DNA from: Octopus vulgaris
Taxonomy: Eukaryota
NCBI GenBank assembly: GCA_951406725.2
Contig: OX597814.1
Location: 199,020,001-199,084,000, forward strand
Direction of reading: 5' to 3'
DNA: 64,000 bases
Below, piece after piece: positions 25,958 through 39,135 of the stretch. The translations under genes were made by a program, and so were the position numbers. Position 1 is the stretch's first letter; each line of letters begins with the position of its first letter. The notes below the pieces were generated by a model, which saw only the letters and a program-made list of their open reading frames with translations, did not search any database and had not been told where the DNA came from.

Positions 25958-27139
25958 GGGGGAGAGAGATAATGAGACGGCAGAAAGGGATAGAGGCAGT
26001 GTATTTAACTCTAGATTATTTCACTACATCCCTTTTAAGTCCTTTCTGTGTAATTTAAGACGTATCTGGCTATCATTTCCAGCATGCAGACCAAATAGTT
26101 ATCCGTTTCCTCATTATCTGTTTGTTTTTATTCTTATGTGGCAACAGCAAATACGACTAATTGCCAAACCTTTCGTTATAGACCGTTTATTTCTATCAGA
26201 CTTAACATTTTTAACTGCCAATTTTCTTTATTTCGGTTGCTTTCTTCACTAAATTTGAAATTTGTGTCTCAAGTTATTTTGGAAGAGAATCTTTCTTCGA
26301 GTTATAGTAATTACTTCTTTTCGAAGCACCAGCCACATTTGTCTACAAAATAATAAACTTTTGGTTTAATTACACCCAAAATAAATACAATAAAAACAGT
26401 TTATTGTTGTCACAGTTTTTTTGCTTATTACTATACGGTAGACAGAAACTACATAAATCACTATTTTAAGCCTTTTCATAAGTGAAATCTCATTCATTCT
26501 TAATAATCAATCGATTCTGTGTTCATATCGATTACTCTACTGCTTTTTATAGATAAGGTTATTTTTTGCTTTTTAAATATAAAAAAGAACTAATAAGAAT
26601 AGGTTACATCGGTGTTTTATATGTCTGATATGCTCTGTTTCTTTCTTATATTTGGATTTACCAGTCTAATCTAAGATCCCCTCTACGTAGTTATATATTA
26701 AACAATGACGCCCACTCTATCGTACGAACGGATGAAATTAATAAAATTTCAATATGGCGTTCTCAGTAAATATTTTCTTATGAACATTAATATTATTATT
26801 GCGTTCCTTGATAAGTGTTATTTTCTCTTGTAGATATATAACCTCTTCCCTAATTTTTTACAATGAAATAGCAATTTCAATTTTATGTTTTATCGAAATA
26901 TTTTTATACAAGTAATTTCTCTCAGTATCAACTGCTTTTTCTTTATTACCCATAAAGGGCTACACAGAGAGGACAAAATAATCACGAATGATTTTTACAT
27001 TAAAATGCGTTTTGGGGTCGATTAAAAATTGGATGATAATTATACAATTTTCGAATGATGATACAATTACTTGGACAAATTTACAAATGGAGTGGGGCGG
27101 GTCTACGGACCCCACGATCCCCGCCACGACACTTGACCG

Positions 27140-27350
27140 TATGTTTTTTTTTCTTTTTCTTTTACGGCCTATCTCGTATTTATGAGGGACCTTTTATTCA
27201 CCACATTTTCCACCTTTCATCAAACACTTTCTTACTCAGGCCCCTCCTCTCTAGTTCTATTTGTCTTTTCAGGTGGAATTTAAAATATTCCACCAGACTA
27301 GAACCAGAGATGAAGTCGCCTGTTACCATCCCATGTAATAAGTTCTGTAA
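27140..27350 (-). mobile_element. L1/Tx1-type LINE 3' end fragment
   Basis: FISGSSLVEYFKFHLKRQIELERRGLSKKVFDERW resembles Tx1 ORF2 C-termini. An A-rich tail follows on the minus strand. Confidence 0.55.
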
Positions 27351-27431
27351 CAGAAAATCATTAGTTTTTTGCTCACCTAGGTGACGACTCATTAACGTTG
27401 ATGTAAGAAGGAGACATTTTTTTTAAATTTA

Positions 27432-27678
27432 GAGGCGCGTGGCTTAGTGGTTAGGGTGTCAGCATCATGATCGTAAGATTGTGGTTTCGATTACTGGACC
27501 GGGCGACGCGTTGTGTTCTTGAGCAAAACACTTCATTTCACGTTGCTCCAGTCCACTCAGCTGGCAAAAATGAGTAACGTTGCGATGGACTGGCGTTCCG
27601 TTCAGCTGAGGAACACATATGCCATAGAAACCGGGAAACAGGGCCCACGAGCCTGGCTAGGCTTTAAAAGGACGCATT
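27432..27678 (+). mobile_element. tRNA-derived SINE, head H1 plus tail T1
   Basis: gaggcgcgtggcttagtggttaggg...gtttcgatt head; tail shared with 60856-60969. Confidence 0.85.
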
Positions 27679-30516
27679 TATTTATTATTATTTATTAAAT
27701 ATTTAAGTAAGAATTAATTGCTATATTATATTCAGCCTGAACTCATTACCTATATGAAAGTAGTCTCTTTATCCGACGATTATCTAAAGTACCAGGTATC
27801 GATACCGTTTGTTGTAGAAATACGAAAATGTTAATAAATAGCTTATTGCTTATACCTAGAGAATTACTATGGGTTTTGCTGCTGGATTTTACAAAGAAAG
27901 TGTTCGTGATGACAAGATCATTCAGTGTTCAAACCTCCAGAAATCTCAGGCCATTATCTTTCATTCCCAATCCCGTGATGGTCAAGAATGCGTAGACAGG
28001 TGTGATGATTATTTCCTACAAAGCATTGAATTCACCAAGTCTGTAGAAACGCTTTTCTCTGTCTATCACTCGAACTGCATCTAGGAGAAAGTTATAGAAA
28101 TTTTTTTGAGGATGCACAAATTTTAAGGACAAAAGAACTGATGAGGTTCACCTATCCTTATGTTGTGAGAAGCCAGAAGGGCATAACTTGTTCTGAGATA
28201 CCTATTGATGTTATTGAAATAACACCGATATTGTACACGAAAGGAATTCCCACAATAATTAATATAACAACTATATTGAATGTTTAGGAAATAAGAAAAA
28301 AAAACAGTGAAAATATTTGAAAATTGGAAATGAAGATATTATAAAGGAAGATAAATAAAATTATTATTTTCAGATATAAGGAGAAAATAGAGATTATAGA
28401 AATGAATTTGGACTTTATACTTTATTCTTTGTAATTTAAAATTAAAAAATTGCATTTTGTTAAGAAAATAATTAATTCCTTGGGTGCCAGATTTTCTATA
28501 AAATCTTGGGTGCCAGATTTTCCAATTCTATAAAATGCTTATACATATGTTTATGATTAAAACTTCTCAACACATTTTTTCGTATTACTATAATTATCCT
28601 AATTATAGTGGCTGTAGTCTCAAGAGCAATTTTGTTTATGAAAATCTTTTTCCTTAAAGTATATGATTACAGATATTCAATAAAAGCTTCCGAAAAATGT
28701 GATTTTAATCATGAAAGTATGAAGGCTTATAGAAAATCTAAAGAATAAATCTTTATCGATTGATGTACATTTTAAAAATTCCTTGTGGTATCAAAAGACA
28801 CAAACAAATATGCTACGAGATATTCAGAAATACATTTTATAATTGGTATGAAGTCGATGTCATTATTGATGTTACAAAGTATAACAGACATTTTTTTTAC
28901 ACTTCTCAAAAAAACATGACAGAAGATTTAATGTTTGTATCTCTTTTAGAATTTTAGATATTTAACACCCCCAATATAGTGTTTCGAATAATATCTATAA
29001 CATTTTCTATTCGGAGTAACCAATGAACAATGAATAAACAATTGTTTTCGAAAATTCTACTTGAAAAATATATACTACGAAAAATATTGAGAAATTACAA
29101 AATCTTAAAAAATTCGATTTTAAACTTAAACAAGGTAAGCGCCAGATATTTTAGCAAAATTCTGTAATACTTCTATGATGCTTTCTGTGTCGTTTTAACA
29201 TTTTTCAAGAAACTGTTTTTAATATTTCAGAAAGATGTATTCTAAAATATACATTAAAACAAAGGGTTTAAATGATTCATTTCGTCTATGCGGATTTATA
29301 CTTTCAAACTCTGTAGAGCTTCAAACTCTACCCAGCCTACATGTACTTTCTGCTTAAGAATTTCCAAATTGATATATTGGGATTAGTACATTTATCGAAG
29401 AATAATTCAATGGCTTCCTCAGAATTTAAATGTCACTACACCTGAACTAAAGCGATGCAACCATATAATGAATATTCATTTTCAAAGCATTTGTTTTCAC
29501 GGCGTAGGTTTTTCGATAAATGTGTAATAGCTAATCATGAGACAAATACGTTGATAGCTTACACATTCACTTCCTAAATAAAATGAGAAAATAAAATGAA
29601 AACACTTTCTTTAAGCTTTATTTATTAAGAATAAAATCTTAAACATGAAAACAATCCTTTTAAGTTAACAAAACCATATACCTTTTTTTCAAATATATCT
29701 TCCAAAGTTTTGGTTCCTTGTTATTTAATTTAACCTGTTTAGTTTTCTCTGGAATTCAGTGTGACCTGATTTTTGACAGCGTTAAGCTATACAAAGACAG
29801 GTGAGCGCCAAATCAGAAGATAAACTTTTGTCCCCACCTTCTTGATATTCAAATTTTTGTAACATACCGTTTGTTATGTCGCACGTTCGGATGCCTTCTT
29901 CTCAACCTACTCTCTGCTCTTCCCTTCTGCCGACTCTAGACTTCTCCCTCTATAGCTACGTATTGGGGGCGTCGACACAACACAGTTGTATACAACGAGC
30001 AAGTGAGAGAAGTTTCTGTATGGTTACTCAACGTGATTAGTAGTAAAAATTCCTCTCAAATCACAGCATCCAGCCTTAAAAGCTAATACACATATTGGAT
30101 AAGGTAATTCTACATAAAACTTTACCAGAATGAAAAGTTACTGAATGGAGCATTCTTTGATTATAGGTTTTCTTTGCTGAAGCTTAGCTAAGATTACAAT
30201 AACAACAAGAAAAATGAAAACCAATATACTTAGTAGATTATGCCTACATATCGCCTTCTCAATTTTCGATCAAATAACAATTCTTACTCGGAATTTCTCT
30301 TTACTAAATTGGATTCTAAAAAACTTGGTTCGGTGTATTTTGCACCACTGACGGATATTTATACCTGACTCATATAGTTTTCCATAACAGAGATTGTTAT
30401 ATTCGGTGAATTCTTTCTTATTTACCCACTCACTCCACTCATTATTCATTTCTTTCGCATCTGCTTGTTCCTCATCGCTAAATCTGATTCTGTTCTACGT
30501 TCTAATAAACATTTCT

Positions 30517-30938
30517 GGGATCTTTTCGGTTTGAACGGCAGTTTTTAACATAATTTCTAGGTAACTAAAAAATTTTAAACTTCGTATACTGGTAGAATGT
30601 GTTAATAAAACATCTTTTTCTCTTGGCTTTATTGAGAAAATTTTAGAGTTTGTAAGATATTTGTTGTTTGTTTTCTTCAATTGCTGCAATTTCAACCAAT
30701 CAATGACGTCCATTGAGGTAAAAACATTCTGTGCCGTATGAATATGTCCCTCGTTCAAGAAACAGATTGGGTTTATTTACATTTGTAAAGAAAAAAAAGA
30801 TACCTTTTCTCCCCCTAACCCTAATCAAGCCTAACTAACCCTAAAACAGATTGAAATGTAATAGATCGATAATAATTATGGATGACAATTTCATATGACA
30901 CCGCTAGAAAAAACTGCCGTTCAAACCGAAAATATCCC
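30517..30938. mobile_element. MITE with 30-bp TIRs (ISL2EU/Harbinger-like)
   Basis: gggatcttttcggtttgaacggcagttttt / aaaaactgccgttcaaaccgaaaatatccc (one mismatch), with internal ctaaccctaa motifs. The superfamily call is inference. Confidence 0.8.
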
Positions 30939-30944
30939 ATTTCT

Positions 30945-31130
30945 TATTTGGGCACAAGGTCATCAAATAGGAGGAGTGGAGAAATCGATCACATCCACAC
31001 CCAGCATTCAACTATTACGAAAAGATGAAAAGCAAAATCGACCTCGCCGGAATGTGAACTCAGAAAGTAAACACGGAAAAAATGCAGCTGAGCATTCTGT
31101 CCGGTGCGATAACGATTCTGCCAGCTCGCT
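30945..31130 (-). mobile_element. SINE family A, degenerate
   Basis: Partial core match. Confidence 0.7.
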
Positions 31131-31473
31131 ACATTCTAATAAAAGTTGTGCTTACTTCAAAGCTATTTTAACAGGAAGGAAAATTTTAATTTCCGGAAAT
31201 TTAAGCAATAGTCAAAGAGCTTAATGGCAGATACAAAGAATAAGCCAAATTACTTGACAGTTGTGTAAATAATACATCTAGACAAAAGCACAATTGCCGG
31301 CAAATGATCAGCTAAAATAAAATCAGTGTGTGCGCGCACGCGAACACACTCGCGTCTGTCTATATGGTTATATATATATATATATGTGTGTGTCTACATG
31401 TACAAACATATATACGCATTCATATTTACGTCTCTACATTTATATGCATATTTATGTACATATATATATATCA

Positions 31474-31713
31474 TATGCACTTTATTAAAAAGCAGAAAAT
31501 ATATCACAAAAACTGCTATTCAGAGTTTCACGTTCCCGTTCGTCGGACAGTTTTGCTTAGAATCTAAGCAAAACTGTCCGACGAACGGGAACGTGAAACT
31601 CTGAATAGCAGTTTTTGTGAAATTTTTGCTGCTTTTTAATAGAGCATATTACTCTACCTCTGGTATTCGAGTACTGTTTTTTTCTACTTTGTTTCGCATT
31701 TATGTGATTACTC
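31474..31713. mobile_element. PLE pLTR fold-back: 58-bp perfect palindrome with a hammerhead motif in each arm
   Basis: Arms 31504-31561 and 31563-31620. HHR (+) at 31571-31614: AAACUGU-CCGACGA-ACG(GGAA)CGU-GAAA-CUCUGAA-UA-GCAGUUU. Confidence 0.8.
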
Positions 31714-31714
31714 T

Positions 31715-31747
<33 letters not shown>

Positions 31748-31996
31748 TCAAACATATAAGAGATGGCCATAATAGGACATCTGACTCACTAGAAAGAGCA
31801 GTTAAACTCTAAACCACTAATAGTTGTAATTCTGAAATGGAAAGAGAAATAAAAACGTTTACCCTATGGGGTAAACGTTTTTATGTTTGAATGTATATTA
31901 CATAGTCTATTGACTATTTTTTCTTTCTCACTGGAGAATTTTCTGGAATTTTTTTGCTACCCTAAAATTTATTAATTAATGATAAAAAAATATATA

Positions 31997-32003
31997 TCTT
32001 TAT

Positions 32004-32039
<36 letters not shown>

Positions 32040-33183
32040 AAACTGAGAATGTGTGTCTGTCTGTGTGTTTCCCTAAAACTTGAGAACTACAGAACCAATT
32101 TCATTCACATTTTACACATGCCTTACTTAGAGTCCTGGGAGTGTCATCGGCCAAAACAATTTTGAACTTTTTGCCTAGGGCGAGCCCACAGCAATATCAT
32201 ATCTTCTCCACTACGATTCCCTAAAACTTGAGAACTACACAACCAATTCCATTCAAATTTTACACATGCCTTACTTAGGGTCCATGTAGTTTCGTGGGCA
32301 AAAAAAAGTTCAACTTCTTGCCTAGAGCGAGCCCATAGCAATATCATATCTTCTCCACTATTTTAGTATTACGTATTAAAAGTGAAACAAAAACGTTTCT
32401 CTATTTTATGTCAGATACTTTCACTTTAACAATAAAAATAATAATAACAATTGAATTATATGTAGTAAGTAATAATTAAAATCTAACTAAAGTAACATGA
32501 TAAAAGTAAAAATAGCAACTGGTATAAAATTGCATTAATGACTTGAACTTGAATAAGTGGTTTCACATGAATGGGAATAAATTAAAAATATAATTAGCGT
32601 GCAGAAATGGAATAGTCCAGATGGATAATAAAAAATTAAATTAAAGAAAAGACTATTGTCTATAAAGTATACAATGTAGAGAAAAAAGATTTGAACACAT
32701 GGAGGAAAGCACCGTCGAAAAGTGTCTTGGTGCGACTATGAAAGGTATCTAATCAGAGGCAGTAAATTCGCCACAATAGAAGCAAGGTTCGAATCAACGG
32801 AGCGTGCATGGGAGTACTCGACTCGAACTTGCAAAGTGGTAATATTTTAATTTTACCTTTATATCAGGGACGTAGGACGTCCCGGAAAAAAAATTTTAAT
32901 GCCGCCCCCCCCGAAGTAGAGGTAGGCTGGATTGTAGCCACACTTCTATACAAGTGGGAGTACAAGATACAATTGATCGGAATTACAAGAGACGGGCTAA
33001 CAATTCCAGTCTGTTATATATTTTGAGTATTGTTATCACTAGCGATATGAAGATATAACTTTGTATTTTGTATTTTATGTGTAGATGTATATATATAGAT
33101 GTACATGTAATATGTACACATATATATACACATATATACATGCACTAGCACTATGACCCGGCAACGACGGGTCTTTAATGCTA

Positions 33184-33184
<1 letters not shown>
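31997..33184 (+). mobile_element. Non-autonomous Helitron
   Basis: 5' TC..(TA)nAAAACTGAGAATGTGTGTCTGTCTG; 3' hairpin gacccg(gcaacga)cgggtc followed by CTAG|T. Internal 148-bp tandem duplication starting at 32069 and 32217. That both ends belong to one copy is inferred. Confidence 0.7.
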
Positions 33185-33221
<37 letters not shown>

Positions 33222-33308
33222 CTAGGAGGGTAACTTTCTAGGTGCAATCCCATGGTCATTCATGACCGAAGGGGGTCTTTACCCTTTATTTATATATATA
33301 TATATAGG

Positions 33309-33609
33309 TGGAGGCGCAATGGCCCAGTGGTTAGGGCAGCGGACTTGCGGTTGTAGGATCGTGGTTTCGATTCCCAGACCGGGCGTTGTGACTGTTTACT
33401 GAGCGAAAACACCTAAAGCTCCAAGGGGCTCCAGCAGGCGGTGGTGGCGATCCCTGCTGTACTCTTTCGCCACAACTTTCTCTCCCTCTTTCTTCTGTTG
33501 GCCTGCTCGCTCAGCTAGCGCGGTGGCGTCATTTGAAGGCTAAAACAATGCGAAGCGCATTGTGACGAGCGATGTGTAGCAACATCTGATAGCCTGGTCG
33601 GTCACGGTG
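33309..33609 (+). mobile_element. tRNA-derived SINE, head H2 plus tail T3
   Basis: Homologous to 54627-54922 (minus strand). Confidence 0.9.
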
Positions 33610-33623
33610 ATATATATATATAT

Positions 33624-33845
33624 TCTGGAAAGTTTTACAGTTGCAGTGATGGATTGGATCTATAGTCTTCAGATTAGCTTTCTCCTTTCTGGTTTTGAGA
33701 AGCTTAATTTCTCAACATTGGTATTTAGGCAATGTGTTACATATCCTGGGGCTCCAATAATTTCAGGTATATACCTAACTTATGATCTGGATAGAGTAAC
33801 TGCAGATTTTTCAATAGTTCAGCGTAGGTGTTCTCTTTTTAATTG
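33624..33845 (-). mobile_element. Dong/R4-type LINE 3' end fragment
   Basis: Reverse-complement homolog of 25640-25886. Confidence 0.7.
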
Positions 33846-34020
33846 ATCTTCAGCTTTAAGTTAACATGTATGTACGTTTGTAAGTATACATATATCTATC
33901 TATCTATCTATCTATCTATCTACATATATATATATAATAACAAATTAATAAATAAAACATATGCCTATGTACATACATATATGTACATATCTATATCTAT
34001 ATGTATATATACATGTATAT

Positions 34021-34483
34021 ATGGGTACAGGACACCAAAGAAAACGTCGAACACAATGAGAAACGAAAACATAAACACAAAACTTCATCTACTCCGCGTT
34101 TCGAAGGTCAAGGCGAGACATGACTTCGGTGAAACATTCCTTCCCGCAAAAAGCAAATTCAATAAAATTTGAGATTTTTTTGCGGAGGGGTAAAAATGGT
34201 AACAAAAACAGGACAGTAAAGACAGTACAAATTATAAACTGTAAAAGACAGGGCAAGGAGAATAACAGTAAAACAAACAATGAGGGCTGTTAAGCCAAAC
34301 GAGAGAAAATATTACGAACGCTTGTTGAGAACGGCAGAGAGACACACAGAAAAGCCGTCTACACTCGGGGGAAGCGAGGTCAGAAAGGCAGTAGTTTTTT
34401 CGTCGCTGGTCAACGACGGGACAGAGGAGGAGTAAGAGAGAGAGGAGAGGGAATGGTTGTAGAGAAAACCAGAAAGAATGAAG

Positions 34484-34547
<64 letters not shown>

Positions 34548-34610
34548 TAAGGTAGAAGCAAAGGAAACCAGAAAGAATGAATGCTGAGAAAGGGAGGGGG
34601 ACAGATATAT
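34021..34610 (-). mobile_element. Purine-rich repeat inside TA arrays, probably PLE pLTR-derived
   Basis: Homologous to 12630-12830. Same overall layout as 18640-18850 and the 849-bp unit. Confidence 0.45.
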
Positions 34611-34636
34611 TGGGTAAATATATATATATACATATG

Positions 34637-34760
<124 letters not shown>

Positions 34761-35200
34761 TTGTATATATTCATATATATATATGTTTTGTATATATTCA
34801 TACATACGCACGCATATATGCTTATATATTTACATATATACGCATATATATGCGTGTGCTTGTGTGTGCGCATGTATGTATACATACACACATATACACA
34901 TGAAAATATACGTATATACGTATGTATGAATGTATGTATCACAATTCTTTAAAATCTCGCGACGCATATGTTAAAGACTAATGAACCATTCTGATATTTT
35001 TGAGCAGTCAAATTCGACATTGTGACAAGAAGCTATTTCTTTTTTCTAAATAAAGACAAATGGTTCGAATGGAATTGAGAAACAGTTATCTAACAAAATC
35101 TCTCTTCAGAATTGACAGCTTAGAATCTCTAAAGCTGTAAACATTGCTTGTCTGAATAGCTGTTGCTTCTGAATATAAATTGTTCATTGGAATAAGCATA

Positions 35201-35491
35201 TTAATAGTTATCGCCAAGCTAATATAGCAGTCCAGCAATATAGGACGAATGCTGCCGTTGATTAACTCTAAGAGGCCATCGCCTCTAGCTAGCTATGTGA
35301 CACACGAACCTGTGTCCATTATAGCCTTCTAACAGGGTAGGTCAGCCGCTTCGCCTTGCTGGTCAGGCATCTGCAGACTAGTTTCAGGGTGTTTCTGAAC
35401 TGCCGTATTAGCTTGGCGATAACTATTGATATCCAGTACCGCTGACCCTAGTCTCCTTTAGAGAGACTTAGAAATTATAATATTTCTATTT
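35201..35491. mobile_element. Retroelement fragment with 38-bp inverted duplication and 14-bp TSD
   Basis: Inverted repeat at 35198-35235 / 35395-35432. TSD ttggaataagcata at 35187-35200 and 35492-35505. Related to 19070-19270. Confidence 0.65.
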
Positions 35492-35602
35492 TTGGAATAA
35501 GCATAGTTTTGACAAAATTGCCAAAGACTATATATTAATCTTTTTGTACAGATTTTTTCTCATAAATAATATTAATGTGATAAATTTGATATAAGCTACA
35601 AA

Positions 35603-35808
35603 GTTTGGCACAAGGCCAGCAATTTCCGAGGAGGGGGCTAGTCGTTTACATCGGCTCTAGTACTCATCTGGTATTTATTTTATGGACCACGAAACGATGA
35701 ACCACGAAGCTGACCTCTGCGGAATTTGAACTTAGAACGTAAAGTTGAATGAAATGCCGCTAAGCATTTTACCCGACATGCAAACTATTCTGCCGGCTCG
35801 TCACCTTA
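35603..35808 (-). mobile_element. SINE family A, degenerate
   Basis: Core match. Confidence 0.75.
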
Positions 35809-36199
35809 ATGTGATAAATTTAATATAACCTGCAATATTTATAACACGCCATATATTCTTTTGAATGTTTCAAGGATGTTAAAATATTATTAATGATGTC
35901 GTCTTAAGTGTAAGTTGTAAATTCAGTTTCAAATAAAATATCCCGAGACACCTTCTGCATGCTAACTGACATTTAAGTCCATTAAAGCGTGTTTATTAAG
36001 GGAGCATTAAATAATGATTAGAATCACATATCAAGAGAGAGAGGGGAGAATACGAATCTTTATCGACGGCTGGGGCTATATATTTGTTTTCGCAGCGATT
36101 ACAGGAAATATCTGCAAATATGTTTCAGCTTCTTGTGGATAACATCTTAGAGTTAGCATTTTCATTATTCAATTCTCAACAGGTCTAAAAGAAGACTCG

Positions 36200-36232
<33 letters not shown>

Positions 36233-36289
36233 CAAAGGACATACTAAGTATGTCTACCTGCTTGAAATGACAGTCAAAATTCTCAGCTA

Positions 36290-37382
36290 TTTCAAGCAGG
36301 TAGATGATGGTGGAGGATATCGACTCCTTACTTGTTTTTCTAAAATGCATCATAAATGTTCAATAATATTGAGATCTGCGGACTGTGGTGGCCAGATAAG
36401 ATGTTCAACTTCACTAGAACGGTCCTCGTGTCATTCAGTAACAACTTTAGCTGTGTGAATTGGTGCATTATCAGCCTGAAAGACTACGTTTCTCTCCAGA
36501 AACATTTCTGCAACTATAGGATGAATTTGATCAGATAAAATGCATAGACTATAAATTCTGCCATGAAGGGAAAACATTGGGCCAGCGTATTTCCAAGATA
36601 TAGCTTCCCACCGCCAGATCATCACAGATCCTCCTCCATGTTTAACAGTTGAAAGAAGGCAGTCTGGGTCAAATGCTTCTTTTGGCTGTCTCCATACGTA
36701 TACTCGGCCAGTGGTCGGAAATAAAGTAAAGGATGACACATCCGAGAAATGTTCTTCCACTGCTCTAGGGTCTAGTTCTGTAGGTTTTTACTCCACTCTA
36801 AACGCTTTCCAACGTTTGCTTTTGAAAGTAGTGGTTTTCTGATTTCAGCCTTCCCGTGAAATTCGGTTTTGTGCAGCTCATGGCGAACAGTTTTTGTAGA
36901 AACTGGGTTCCCTAGGTGGTCATTGAGCTCTGCAGTAATTTTGGGAGCTGTACCCTTTGTGATCCTTTCTAACAATTCGCGTAAGAGTCTGACGGTTCCT
37001 ATCTGAAAGATTTGGTTTTCTTCCGGAGTTTTGTTTCGACGAGGAGGTTGTTCTCTCTTTCTCAAAGCTGACTTTACTTTTGAGAAAGTTCTTCTTGATA
37101 CACCAAACATTTCGGTTGTGTTCGTTACGCTAACGCCTACCATTAAGAGCACAAGCAATTTGACCTCTTTCAAAGTTTGATAGATCTTTCATTTTAATGA
37201 ATTTTAATTACCCTTTTCTGATGATATCTGATAAGAAACAGCAATTTTTGAAAAGCATATTAAGCAACAGTAATAGTAAATCAAAAAAACATAAAAATAT
37301 ACAAACTTTTGACGGTTTTATAGATATTTCAAAATTATGATGCTATGATGCTAGGTGTTTCCATTATTCTGTGCAACCCCTG
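36290..37382 (-). pseudogene. Tc1-family (DD34E) transposon with decayed transposase and 5' TIR
   Basis: ATG at 37192 (MKDLSNFERGQI), then VSTKTVRHELHK, RKPLL, FSDVS, TVKHGGGSVMIW, FQADNAPIH and WPPQSADLNIIEH, with stops and frameshifts. TIR caggggttgcacagaataatggaaacacc at 37382-37354. Confidence 0.92.
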
Positions 37383-37405
37383 GACTTTCAGGCATCCAAC
37401 AACAT

Positions 37406-38380
37406 ATTTAGCGGTATTTCTTTCAGCTCTTTACGTTCTAAGTTCAATTCCCGCTGAGGTCAACTTTGCCGATTATCCTCTTGGAATCGATAGAATGACG
37501 TGTTAATCCGTTAGTGAGGGTGACGTGATGCACCAACTCGCTCCTCCAAAATTTCCGGCCGTATGCCAGAAGAACTGTTAGTGCTTGGCGGCATTCTCTC
37601 CGGATCTTTCCGTTCTGAGTTCAAACTCCGCTGAGTATGACTTTTGTGTTTTATTCTCTCTGGGTTGACCAAATAAGTACCAGTTGAGCACTGGGATCAA
37701 TGTAATTTTATTCATTCTCCCCCACCCCTAAAGATTGCTGGTTGGATGCCAATATTGTAAAATGCTTGAATATCACCTGGTCAACTCATCCCCGTAAAGA
37801 TGCAGTCAAATTTTGGCACAAGGCTAGAGATTTCAATGGATGGAAGAAAGTCGGTTACATTGACCCCAGTGCCAAACTGGTGCTTATTTTATCGACCTTG
37901 AAAGTGTAAAATGCAGAGGCGACTTAAGCGGAGTTTGAACTCAGAATATAAAGATGAACGAAATTCCTATTTCTTTACTACCCACAAGGGGCTAAACACA
38001 GAGAGGACAAACAAGGACAGACAAACGGATTAAGTCGATGACATCAACCCTAATGCGTAACTGGTACTTGTTTAATCGATTCTGAAAGGATAAAATGCAA
38101 AGTGGACCTCGGCGGAATTTGAACTCAGAACGTAGCGGCAGACGAAATATCTATTTCTTTACTACCCACAAGGGGCTAAACACAGAGAAGACAATAAGGA
38201 CAGACAAACGGATTAAGTCGATTATATCGACCCCAGTGCGTAACTGGTACTTAATTTATCGACCCCGAAAGGATGAAAAGCAAAGTCGACCTCGGCGGAA
38301 TTTGAACTCAGAACGAGAGCGGCAGACGAAATACGGCTACGCATTTCGCCCGGCGTGCTAACGATTCTGCCAGCTCGCTA
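37406..38380. mobile_element. Cluster of SINE family A copies (degenerate + copies, then a minus-strand multimer at 37810-38380)
   Basis: Repeated core matches. Confidence 0.85.
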
Positions 38381-39135
38381 CTTTTATGCCAATAATACAC
38401 TTCACATTAGTGCAATAAAAGTTTAGAACCTTTCATATGTCCACTTTAATCTACCAGAACACGCAGATTCTCATTAATGAGTGAGGTCCGAATTAGATGA
38501 GTTATTGTTATAAAACACTATTCTTATTTATTTACTGTGACATCAATTAGTAACAACAAGATAAAACCTGATATTTATAAAACGCCATATATAAAGGAAT
38601 AGGAATTCAATTTTCTGATAGAGACTCGTATCACAAATTTCTCGAACAAATCGTTGTGAAAAGAAAGACCCACCTAAACTATAAGATGTTCAAAGACTTA
38701 CTATCACACAAAACCCATTCGTCTGAAGGCAATAACACAATGGTGTCTGTGAATCCTAATAAAAGTTACTATTGTCATATTAAATTAGACTAAGTTTCGA
38801 TTATTTAAAAAATATTTCCAAGCAATGAAAATAGCTAATTGCTTTACTTTGTTAATGATCGTGTGATTTTTCTTTACAATATCACAGAGAATGTAGCGCC
38901 ATTCACTAATTATATGATATCTATAGTTTCTAAACGATACAAGTTTACAATTTAACATCTTGTTTGTTGTATGTGTACTAATGAGAACATTGTCTCAGGA
39001 TATAGGTGGGAACACATACGCTTTATTAATTTGAAATTCTGTTGAAATATTCCTTCTGTTTACTTTCTGAATTACTTGTGGATTGAAGGTTTCGAATTGA
39101 GATCTTTCAGCTTTATTACGCAACAGAAATAAACC

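Noticed and set aside
28138-28160. CTGATGA-GG(ttca)CC as a hammerhead; similar CTGATGA hits at 8694 and 47865
   Set aside because: No GAAA after stem II at 28138, and no convincing stem I or II at the other two.
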